Positions 53,743 to 64,000 of a stretch of DNA of 64,000 nucleotides are shown here, in pieces (position 1 is the stretch's first letter; the number at the start of each line of letters is the position of its first letter). A program made the position numbers and the translations under genes. The DNA is taken from contig NC_047068.1 of NCBI RefSeq assembly GCF_902459465.1, positions 10,478,001 to 10,542,000 on the forward strand, given 5' to 3'. The notes below the pieces were generated by a model. The model ran no database searches. It saw only the letters and a list, made by a program, of their open reading frames with translations, and was not told the DNA's origin. The DNA comes from Asterias rubens (taxonomy: Eukaryota).

Positions 53743-55289
53743 AGACCCAGTAACTGGGGCGCTGTACTCCTTTTTTCGAATTTTGGCATTATCGGTCGTA
53801 CCTAGTCTATTCTAGGAGTAGGTGATGATTACTCCTAAAACTATGAGGTTCGTTCCGCTATTGTCTCCGAGACGATAGAGGAACAACCTTCATAATAATA
53901 CACTAGTTCTAGGAGTATATCGTAGCGTCATACGTTATCGACCCTCATATGTTTTCGGTCCCCAACTTTGATTCCCGTTTACCGCGAAATTGTGCAAGCT
54001 GCACCGGTGACAGAAGCTATGCAGTTTACTCACGGTCTGTATTTTCATCAGGCTTAATCATGCTGAGAATAAAGTTTCCTGTCGTTGGTTATGCTCAAAC
54101 ATTTATAAAATGATTGATTTTTGGTACTTATCACTAGTGCATTATTATGCCAACATTCAAATGAGTCAAAGAAACATCATCCAACCTCGAAAGTTCAAAA
54201 CAAAATTACTATCTGCTAGATTGAGTTTCATTCTGCTTTAGTCACTAGATGGATCATGTGAGGTGGTTACTATTTGGGATTCTATGGTGTGCAAATTTGG
54301 GGAAAATATTCAAATATTTTAAGTGAAAATGACAACAATTTTTTTATTTTATTTACTGCATACTGTAATAAATTCTGATAAAGCGTAATAAATATTAAGT
54401 CTACATTAAAGAGAAAATATCATAGATTGGTTTCTTCTCTCCTGAAACCAAACATTTCTGGTCTGAAATGGGGGAAAACGGATTGTTATGAAGTGTGAGT
54501 GCATCAAAGGGGGGGGGGGGTGGGGTGTTTTACTTTCACGCCTTATGATATCTCTGGATTCTAATATAGTAGCCATAATGCCTTAGGACAAAAATGTAAT
54601 TAAATTTGTTAAGTAGTAATTGAATAATATTTTTGATTTATTTTGCACGCCATACTAGCTTCTGAATGTTCAATAATATACCAACCAATGAAAGGTGTGA
54701 AAACATATGACGTTGCTCCAATGTCGTGCATGCAGTAAGCACTGTTAATGGCGGACTGTCTCTCGCAACGTAAAACCAAAACTTTAAAAATGTCAACACA
54801 CCATGAAGTGAAAGTGTTATTATTGAAAAAATGGATAGATGATTTGAAAAAAAATTAAAAAGTTTTTGATTGTGAACAATTTTCCTGTTATCCTACTGAA
54901 AACACATGACACCAGGATAGGTAATGATAACATCAAAATAAATATCTTTGAAATTATCAATGTTATGATCTAAACTAAATCATTTATATGAACCAGTTGA
55001 GAAACTGAGTTGTTGTGACTTCGAAAATAGTCAAAAGAAAAAAACTCAATTTGAGGTAGAAACCAACAGGGCCGGGAATGCCCCTAATACTAATAGAGAA
55101 CAACAACATTTTACTATGCATGGAGGTAGATTTATGAGGGGGCAAGCAAAGCTATGTTTACAAAATAATTAAACTGATACACACACACAAAAACAGCGAA
55201 GAAACAAGATTCAAGAAGAGACTTTCTTTATTTTAAAGTAAGTCAACAAAGTTTGCATACAAATAATTAAAACAGATAAAATGTATTAC

Positions 55290-55490
55290 CTAATCCGGAT
55301 AACTCCTTCTCTCCCGTTTGTTGATAGTTCCGCCGCTGTTCAACTTAACCCACTGCAGTACTTTACGGTGTAAATAGTGTCAATAAAGCATGAAAGAATG
55401 GCCCTAGAGCGTACACGGTATCATGGGAACGAAAGATGGCAATCCGACGAAACCTGAATGACAACCAATAACAGAGGGCGCCCTACTACA
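55290..55490 (-). promoter_or_regulatory. Candidate promoter and non-coding first exon of the CCDC154-like gene
   Basis: TAG/gtaat donor at 55290, CpG-containing unique block, X-box-like GTATCATGGGAAC 55418-55430, CCAAT, palindromic AGGGCGCCCT 55475-55484. Confidence 0.45.
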
Positions 55491-58400
55491 ATCTTGCTTA
55501 TTTTTTTTACAAAGTTTGGCTGAAGTTTTTGAGAATTTTATTTTGCGCTAACTGCGGCGCTGTAGGCCTAGCCTACTCGAAATTTGTCATTAATATTTCG
55601 AACAAAAGCAGTACAGCGCCTCAGTGACTGGGTCTAATTAGAATCATTAGGCCTGTAGCTTTTTTTTCTGTGAGCCTTTCAAGCCTATGAAGATTTGAAA
55701 TTTTAAAATATAAATATGCACTGATAAATGGCACCCTTGGTAGTTGTTATACCGTCAAAGACCAGTTAACAACAAATCTGCAAAACATTGGACTCAATTG
55801 GTCACCGAAGTTGCAATAGAATAAGGAAAGAAAAAACTTGTAGCACAAGTTTGTGTGCTGTTATATGCCTAAAAAAAGACTTCAGGCCTGAAGCCTTTTA
55901 AATATTGAGTAAGAAATACCTTTCTAAAAAAAAACACGTTACTTCAGAGGGAGGCGTTTTTCACAATGTTGTTGATGTATACCATCAACAGCTCTCAATT
56001 GCCGCTTACCAAGTAATTGTTTATGCTGACAACTATTTTGAGTATTTACCTATAGAGTTCAGTGCCTTCAAATGATGGTTACATGATTTTAGAGGACAAC
56101 AGGACATTGAAATCTCAAATTATTTAATTAAAAAACAACAAAACAATGCGAAATTTGATCAAATTTCTTTTTCAGAATTCTGTTTTATTTGATAACTTTT
56201 CATAAAATATATTTATTTCAAAGTCTGAGTTATGCTGTATCTTTCACCAGTGATTTTTACATAAAAAAATACTTGTTACAAAATACACATTCATAATGCA
56301 AGTTGCATAGAGTCTATTAAAATGTCTTATAAATGTAATAACTATTATTTCACATTAATAAAATATTGTGCCATCTTGTGATAATGCCAATTATTATTGA
56401 TAAATGCTTATGGTGATAAAAACAAAGTGCATCGATTAATTTATAATGTATTTTGCATATGATTTCTTTGGATTAACTAATTGCCTTTTAAAGCCACAGC
56501 TTTGGAGTTTACTCTGGCTAGGACTTTACCTTGTTTCAGAGAGGAAATTCAAAATGGAAAAATAAGAATCAAAGACAAAGCTGGGAAAGCTTTGCATGGT
56601 GTGGATGATGAAAAAAATATAGTAGTAAACTTGCCGGAACAGCAATATATAGGACTCTTTCGGGAGAAGAGTTGGCTCTGAGAAGTATAGTGTGGTTTGA
56701 TGTTTCGCACAGTATACTTTGCTTGTCTTCGGGAGAAACGTCAAACCACATCACCCTGTTCTTTTAAGAACTAACCACTTCTTCCAAGAAGAGACTTTAC
56801 ATAATGGTTGTACCTAAAGCATTAATTGTAAAAATTCTCATTAAAAAAAAAGCTAATTTTGCAAAAATATACACTTGAAAAATGTGTTAAGATCCTAGCA
56901 AATGAAAACTTATCTGATTTGTCTTTATAAGATCGGAAACAACAAAACATGTTTCTGAATTTGTTATCTAAGTACAGTGCATTATTAAGTTTTGCTACAC
57001 CCATTTTTCATGTAATAACTAGTATGGTATATTATAAATTTGTGTTTAAAATATCACAATAAAATAACAAGTTTAAAATGAAATCATAGAAATGACAAAA
57101 GTTGATTCATGTTGTCTTCTTCCATAAAACCATTCCAAATCCTCGAGAATCTACCCTAATTTTGCTTGAATCTGGGCTCAACTTCAACTTCACCTTTTAA
57201 TATCTCTTATATATTTACGGTTTATAATTTAATTCAAATAAAGACATCTAAGCCCATTTCATACTTTCTATGAATGTGAAGCAAATTTCACGCCACAACC
57301 ATTTTCACTTGGAATGTTATGTTTCAAAAGAGTTGAGCATAGTTCTTGCGAATTGTTTGATGTAAATTTGTGGGGTCAAATTCGCTTCACTTTTAAAGGA
57401 AGTATTAACCAGGCTTAACTGGATTTACCACTAACATTATTTGACACACTAGAACCCATACAAAACAAAAACAAAACATTTATCAAATGCCCTTCTTTTT
57501 AGAATGCACTTCTCATTATACAAAATTAAACACCAGTGCCTTTCTGGTGGTACATTTAAAAGAGTTACATGATTGAGGCAATGCACCATTGGCAAATTGA
57601 TTCACTATATAGCTTTATGGAACATTACAGAATTGGTTTTGCTTAAAAAAACAGTTGCTGTCAGAGAAAGCACTTTATGTAATCCACTATATATGTAAAC
57701 AGTGGGTTCCGATTGCCAAACGGAGTATTTGGGTACTTTTTCAAAATGTCCACATATTTACATTAAACTTACAAGGTTTGAAGATAATGACAGTGGAAAG
57801 CTCCCCTTCAAATATTACTAACTGAGGTTTTGTAGTTTTTGAGAAACGAGTAAAACAAGTCACAAAATAATTTTCGTCTCATATTTTCGTAAATATGTGG
57901 ACATAGTGTTTTGTGTTAGGAAAAAGTACAAACCGGTAGTCCCTCTAAAGCAAGCCAAACAGTTTAAAAGAGTTGACCATAATGCACTGACGTCATCATG
58001 CGGCTATCTTATAGATAAAACCATGATGAAACAATGGAAAACGCACATAAAATTGTACCTGCTGCACACAATAACCCAAATTCACAATGCGTTGCGCACG
58101 TACACACACAACTCCTGTCCCCCATTTTGTGTGCTAAAAGGTGTACAAAAGGGTGGTACATGGGTTTATGCACCTCTGACACTGCGCATCCACCATTTTC
58201 TGCCTTTTTGGGGGAGTCTGTTCTTTTTGCGCACATTTTGACACATGAAATGGGGGACCGGAGATGCGCGTGTAAGCGCCCTTTGCTTGTGAATAAGGTA
58301 TATAGCCATTGAGCAAACTTTGACCTCTAAATCTGTGAATCTGCTACGGCCAGACACAACCTGATTTTGTGATTAAAGAATAATAAATTAACATTTACGA

Positions 58401-58929
58401 TTACTTAAAAATATTCATTCTGCATACAGAAGACATATAAAATAATAAACTGTTTGATTTAAATACGTTTGCACATTATAATACAGAAATTGTCGATCTC
58501 AGAATATGTACAAAAGAAAACAAATTTAAAATGAAAATGATAAATAATCTGAAACTAACATGCACCATCACAAGCTACAAACAGGTGAAATAATGTGAAA
58601 AAAAACCAGAAAGTTAATATGAGACTAAATAGAGTAAGATTATATAAAAACTATTGTGAGTAAAAATTAGAGAAGTGTCTATTCAGGCTGATACACATGT
58701 CTTTTATTTTGTTCATTCATTGACCATTGGAAGAAGAAATTTTTATGAATTCAAATCTTGATCACAAAATACTATTTAGCACAGATTTTGAATCAGCAAT
58801 GCATTACTGTTTTGAATGAGATTTCTTATTTTCCCAAGTCTGTGACTATTTCCCTTTTTAATAAAAACTAAAAAATCTAAAGACTTTTGAATAAAAATGG
58901 GGCGGGGGGGTGGAACGAATAACAAAACC

Positions 58930-59172
58930 TCAGTTTTCCGACTGATGAATGACCATATCGGCACTGTCCACTGCTTGTTGAACCTGAGGTGAGAGTGCTG
59001 TGTGTTGTCCAAGTCTTATCTTAGCGTGAGACTTCTTGGGTTTCTGTTTGACCATCGGCGGCGGGATGGCCGCTGCGGCTTCTGCTGAGGTGCTAGCCCC
59101 TCGGTTGATCGACGTCCGATTCTTGATAGCATTCTGCAGCATCTTGAGTAAGAAGAGCTTGTCTTTTCCCTC
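58930..59172 (-). CDS. TMC: TMC terminal exon (EGKDKLFLLKMLQNAIKNR...HQSEN*)
   Basis: cttcaaccag acceptor, TGA stop, 243 nt. Confidence 0.9.
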   Translation of the reverse strand, partial: EGKDKLFLLKMLQNAIKNRTSINRGASTSAEAAAAIPPPMVKQKPKKSHAKIRLGQHTALSPQVQQAVDSADMVIHQSEN

Positions 59173-62100
59173 CTGGTTGAAGAAAAGATTACAAATTTGA
59201 TTTGAAGCTTGTATGATGTTAGACATAAAGGCCAAAAATAAATACCAAAAACTGCCCAACTCTAACCCTGGCTCTCACCCTGACTCTTACCCTGACCCTA
59301 ACCCTAATCCTTGACCCTAATCCTGACCAAACCCTGATCCTGACCCTAACCCTAGCTCTAACCCCGATCCTATTCTTGACCCTAACCTCCATACCCTAAC
59401 CCTGATCCTGACCCTAACCCTTTACATAAATAAAAAATAATATTTGATAATCAAGCAAACATTCAAATATTTTTCAATGCAAACTCAACTCACCAGAGTA
59501 ATTTGTTGTTTAAGGCGTTTAACAGTTGCTCGACGACCCTCGGTTAACGTTTTGAAGTAGTATACGGCCAAACTGTGATGAGAAGGGAAAAAAGAAAGTT
59601 AAATTAAACTAATTATGTACAAACAAATATCTGTTAATGTCTCACTTTCCTTTTGTAAAAACAAGTTGAAATTAGTTCAAAATTTCATGCAACAAATTCA
59701 TTTTCCGAGACAGATGGGCCATAGACACAGGACTCGAATTTGGAAAGAAAATCCCCAAGACCGCTGGGCTTGTTGCTAATCTTTTTTAATGGACCAGGAT
59801 ATTAGATTGACCTTATTTTTTTCTACTAATGGGTAAGTTTACCTTGATACTCAATAGAACTGAAATATATCTACCATATTCAAAGTCAATATTTTAACAC
59901 CTTTATTTTTAAATACATGTAAAGATATTGATTTAGAAATCATCACCGCACTTGTCTAGTAGTGAGTTTACTGGCCCAGATCCAACTGTCACCAGGGGCA
60001 TGTTGCCACCTATTCCTGGGGCTGAAACAGGGTTACCCCCTTAACAGTCTGTAAAGATATAGGCATGGGTGTCATCCACTAGGAGCCTGGTTAGTAGGGC
60101 AGAATGCACTACCTTCCAAACTAATTACGAAGCACTTAAAGTCAAGTGCACAAGTATCCTTTTTATTTTGCAAAGGCCACTTCCATTGGAAAATCTTAAA
60201 GTCTATGGGAAACTTTTGAAGGGGCACCAAGGCCAAGACTAGGGGCAACAGAGACCATGGCCTCGTTTTGTCTTAGTGCTACTCACCAAAGGAGAATGAT
60301 TAAACCAGCCACCACTCCCTGCGTTGTCATGAACGTGATGATGAATTTCCAAACTTGTGCGCTCTCATCCCATTTGTTGACCAGCTGCGTCCAGACATCA
60401 AATGGAGAGTTCAACCCTCGGAAGGGGCCGCACTCCATCGATGGCTTGGTACTGAGGGGAAAACAATTAGCAACAAAATAGAGCAATTTATTAATCATTT
60501 AACACCAGGGCCCAACTAATAGAGCTGCTAAGCGCTATAATTTGCTTAGCATGAAATTTCTTCCTTGATAAAAACAGGATTACCAACCGAATTTCAATTT
60601 TCAGCATTTTGCTTGTTACTGATATTCAGCTGTTCAGTGTTTGCTTATCCTGAAAATCACATGAAAATTTGGTTTGTAATTCTGTTTTTATCAAGGCAAA
60701 AATTTCATGCTAAGCAATATTTTGTGCTTACATGTTTCCCTCCATCCCTCAATCTAGACTGTTTTAAGAGAATTATCAATTTCTACCTTCAGCTCCCCCT
60801 TCAGATTTATTAGATAGTTTTTCTTCTTGTACCAAGATCGTGCATGACAAGACAAAGTATTGCTGTCTAGTTACTAAATCACAATGTCTTGATTTGTGGA
60901 ATTCATAACCATCAACATTAAACCAATATATCCCTTGTGGGAGTTTGCCTTCTTTCCCTGTTGGAAAGATCATCCCTAGACAAACATTATCCCCATGACA
61001 GAGTTGACCTAGTCTGCTACTCACTTGACCATACTGTATCCCACACAGCAGACGCAGATTGCATACATCAGGAAGAGAATCAAGATGAAGAGGGTCTGGG
61101 CTAGTCCAGCACGCCAAGGATGAAGGGAAGGCTTGCAGTTGTACAATACACTCAGCTGTAAAACAAATAGGGACTAGGTCAAGTTGAAGTAAGGGTCTGA
61201 AGACAAACTGTGAAAGCCTAAAACATTTGGACGCATTAAAGTGTGCGAGGTTTGCTTCCTTCACGCCTTATATAAAGCAATGTAGTTGGGAACGCAAAGC
61301 CTGCTTGCAAACATTTATGTTTGGTTTTAAAATTCCAACTCTGCCATTTGGAGCATTTTATTTGGTTTAATCTTCATGATTTTAAGCATTTGATCTTAAT
61401 TATAAAAAAAAAAGCAAAACATTTTTTTTATTTATTTTTTTTAAATATAGGTTTTCTCGGTCAATTTCAAAAAATGAGCAGCCAATTTAACCACCAAGCT
61501 ATTCTATTTTGCGCAAAATTGAATGCTACTAAAAAGAGTAATTCGATTTCGTGTTAAAATTAGTAAAATGTAATGTTTTGTCATACAATTTAACAAAATA
61601 ATCATTCAATTTAACAATATTCATCAAAGCAGCATTCAAATTCGCAGACGCTTCTTGAGGCGTGTGTGTCGCGAAAAAAGATTGACGATACGCTAAATAA
61701 AACAGAGTGATTTTCACACGGCAAGACCCTGCCGGTTCTAAACGGCCGTGAAAGAACGAGTTCGCTACCCCTTTATTCCCTTAATCATAAATCTCGGTCA
61801 ACTTCTTTTTTACTCACCATGTAATCAAGAAAAACAAATGAAAGGTCTTAAAAGCCTGAGCAACAATTCGCTAAAAGCCGACCGACCTCTGTGTGTATGG
61901 ATGACCTACCTGCTTGATGTAGAAGAGAAGAATCAGTTTGACGATGCAGATGATCATCAGGAGAGGTGCAAAGAACATTCCAATCCTTTCAACAAATAAA
62001 AGAAGAATAAGAACCAAATCTTGTAACCTTGTTCCCAGTGGTGTACGATCTCGCCGAGCAATTTTTTTTTATAATAACCCATGGGAGTGTACCTTTGAAA

Positions 62101-62815
62101 TATCCAAATATATAGGATATTTTAATTAGTCCTGTGGTTGATCTAAAAGCCCACGGAAGTTGTAAACAAGTGTACGCACAGAGCAGTCACTTTTGGTTAG
62201 CCAATCAGTGTTTTTTTTTCAGCACTTCCCTTCCAGGGGTTAGTGACGAGATGTTATGATACAGTGCTTAGCCCCTAGTAGCGAGGCTGCAAATCTGGCA
62301 ATTTTTCAACCATTGAGGACAGCACCTCTGTTTAGAGTACCTCCCAGAAGCTGAAGCTGCAGAAAGCAGCAGCAAACTAGTCTAATACTTGGTGCATTCA
62401 TTAGCTAAGACAAAATGAGGGGGAAACCAGTCAAGAGCTATATACATTAACCTGGTATTTTGGCTGGTGACCCATTACTGCTAGGCCAGACTTAAATGTG
62501 CTTAACAATTTTTTTTAATGAAAGTTGCCCCAATATCAACTTTTAACTTCACAAACTTTTATCTTAAAAACCAGCAATTCATTTCCCTTAAAGTAACAAA
62601 ATAACAAAAAATGAAAAAAATACTCAATGGCTTGATGTTTCAACCCTAGCAAAGTCAAAGTCAAATTACAAATTTGATGTGAGATTTTCAAGATTCGAGA
62701 TTTCTGAATGAACTCTTACCAAGTGTATGTCTGAGACTGAATTAAGTCCATGGTGTTCCTCGCTATGTCAAACTCCGGCGACGTAAACCGTTTACAGAAA
62801 TAATCACGACCAATC
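58930..62815 (-). CDS. TMC: Transmembrane channel-like (TMC family) protein, 3' part (6 exons; 5' exons beyond the window)
   Basis: Spliced translation gives TMC hallmarks: PEFDIARNTMDLI..QT..WIGMFFAPLL, YNCKPSLHPWRA, PSMECGPFRG, EGKDKLFL. All phases consistent. Paralog (probably the TMC5/6/7-type branch) not resolvable by eye. Confidence 0.9.
59261..59421. repeat. Degenerate interstitial telomere-like (CCCTAA/CCCTGA)n tract
   Basis: Multiple accctaaccc / gaccctaa hexamers in the last TMC intron. Confidence 0.75.
59494..59572 (-). CDS. TMC: TMC exon (LAVYYFKTLTEGRRATVKRLKQQITL)
   Basis: tctcatcacag acceptor, gtgag donor, 79 nt. Confidence 0.9.
60287..60451 (-). CDS. TMC: TMC exon (TKPSMECGPFRGLNSPFDVW...VVAGLIILLC)
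   Basis: ttttcccctcag acceptor, gtgag donor, 165 nt, CGPF motif. Confidence 0.92.
61025..61155 (-). CDS. TMC: TMC exon (LSVLYNCKPSLHPWRAGLAQTLFILILFLMYAICVCCVGYSMVN)
   Basis: tgttttacag acceptor, gtgag donor, 131 nt. Confidence 0.9.
61910..61985 (-). CDS. TMC: TMC exon (IGMFFAPLLMIICIVKLILLFYIKQ)
   Basis: ttgttgaaag acceptor, gtaggt donor, 76 nt, transmembrane segment. Confidence 0.9.
62720..62815 (-). CDS. TMC: TMC exon (IGRDYFCKRFTSPEFDIARNTMDLIQSQTYTW)
   Basis: tcttgatgtag acceptor, gtaag donor, 96 nt. Confidence 0.9.
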
Positions 62816-63076
62816 CTACATCAAGAAATAAAATATATAATTTATATGAAACGTTTTGATAGGAAATTTGTACTTGTGTCATGGTTTACAAGCCAATCAA
62901 AGCAGAATTACTGGGTGAAAACCCCACATTACGTTCAGCCAAAGGCCAGCAATAATGGTTAACTGTCTTGCTTTAAAGGACACAAGTGTCATGACTGGGA
63001 CTTGAACCCACACTCTGTGGTGATCAGAAACACCAAAGCTTGAATCCTGTGCTCTTAACCGATCAGCCACGACACG

Positions 63077-63566
63077 TTAAAGGCAGTGGACACTATTGGT
63101 AATTACTCAAAACAATTATTGGCATAAAACCTTACTAAGAACAACTCTACCTGGCAAGTAGATACACACATGGTGTTACCGCAAACCAAATATACATTGA
63201 TACCTCACCATGCAATGCCTCAAATCCTATAAAACCTTACTTGGTGACGAGTAATTGGGAGAGGTTGATGGTATAAAACATTGTAAGAACGACTCCCTCT
63301 GAAGTACCACAGTTTCCGAGAAAGAAGTAATTTTCCAAGAATTTGATTTAGAGACCTCAAATTTAGAATTTGAGGTCCCGAAATCAACCATCTAAACACA
63401 CACAACTTCGTGTGACAAGGGTGTTTTTTCTTTCATTATTATCTCGGAACTTTGACGCCCAATTGTGCTCAAATTTTCACAGGTTTGTTATTTTATGCAA
63501 ATGTTGAGATACACTAAGTGAGAAGACTAGTCTTTGACAATTACCAATAGTGTTCACTGCCTTTAA
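63077..63566. mobile_element. Kolobok-type MITE carrying a 92-bp secondary insertion
   Basis: TTAA-flanked; reverse-complement-like to 426-811; insert flanked by duplicated ataaaaccttact. Confidence 0.78.
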
Positions 63567-64000
63567 ATAACCTTAACCCTTATTAGACAATTCATTTCTG
63601 TGTAATCAATTATGTAGCTTTAATAAATTACATCATTTTAATTTAGAAACATAAGCTTTTAACAAAACCACTGCTTCGGCTCCAGATTCGGCTCAGGCTA
63701 GCTTGGCGCTCGCAGTTGTTTTGGCAATTGCGCGTGCTTTGCATACTCGCTCAGCCCTCTAGACCAGAGAATGGAGCCTGTAGCCAAATCCAAAGTCGAA
63801 GCCATTGATTTGTGCGAAGGGCCATATACACTTTGATAACATGGGAAACTTTGGAAAATGTCAATTTGGGTCGTGACCTTTACTTTGACCTTTTTTTAGT
63901 TGAGTGGATGAAGGCCAAATCTTGCAGCCACTATAAGCCTGGCCACTATAAGCCATTTTGAGGTATGGTGGAAACAATACTAGGACACTATGAGTTTGGG

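Noticed and set aside
56481-56681. Plus-strand ORF with protein-like composition (REEIQNGKIRIKDKAGK...)
   Set aside because: No family recognised, non-ATG start and no partner exons found; left unassigned
57897-58357. Cluster of six short overlapping ORFs
   Set aside because: No coding signature or splice sites; probably repeat or 3' UTR-flanking sequence
60776-61264. 162-aa minus-strand ORF
   Set aside because: Overlaps the real TMC exon in a different frame; the remainder is intronic
7512-62815. U12-type (minor) introns
   Set aside because: All inferred donors are ordinary GT-AG U2-type; no GTATCCT or AT-AC seen

Overview
Eukaryotic, AT-rich, intron-rich genomic DNA, probably from an invertebrate deuterostome. 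The repeat landscape suggests an echinoderm such as a sea star (inference). There are no prokaryotic operons, CRISPR arrays or intact rRNA/tRNA genes. Three genes lie head-to-tail on the minus strand. (1) The last six coding exons of a TMC (transmembrane channel-like) gene, 58930-62815. (2) A complete, roughly 930-aa coiled-coil gene resembling CCDC154 (CDS 47232 to 7512), reconstructed by hand with every splice phase consistent. (3) The probable 5' end of an unidentified gene (promoter about 5.3-5.9 kb, candidate first coding exon 1988-2057). The strongest signal is in the CCDC154-like gene. It carries two pairs of similar-length, same-phase, mutually homologous exons (38890-38975/34681-34763 and 14756-14891/8646-8775), and exactly one of each pair must be used to keep the frame. 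It also has three microexons, a ~0.83-kb pyrimidine/CUAAC tandem array abutting one alternative exon, and MITEs carrying CTCF-like motifs. Introns are dense with nested MITEs (TTAA, CWG, AT and TA target-site types), Deu-domain SINEs and LINE 3' ends. All coordinates and alignments were derived by eye; homologies are from memory, not from database searches.
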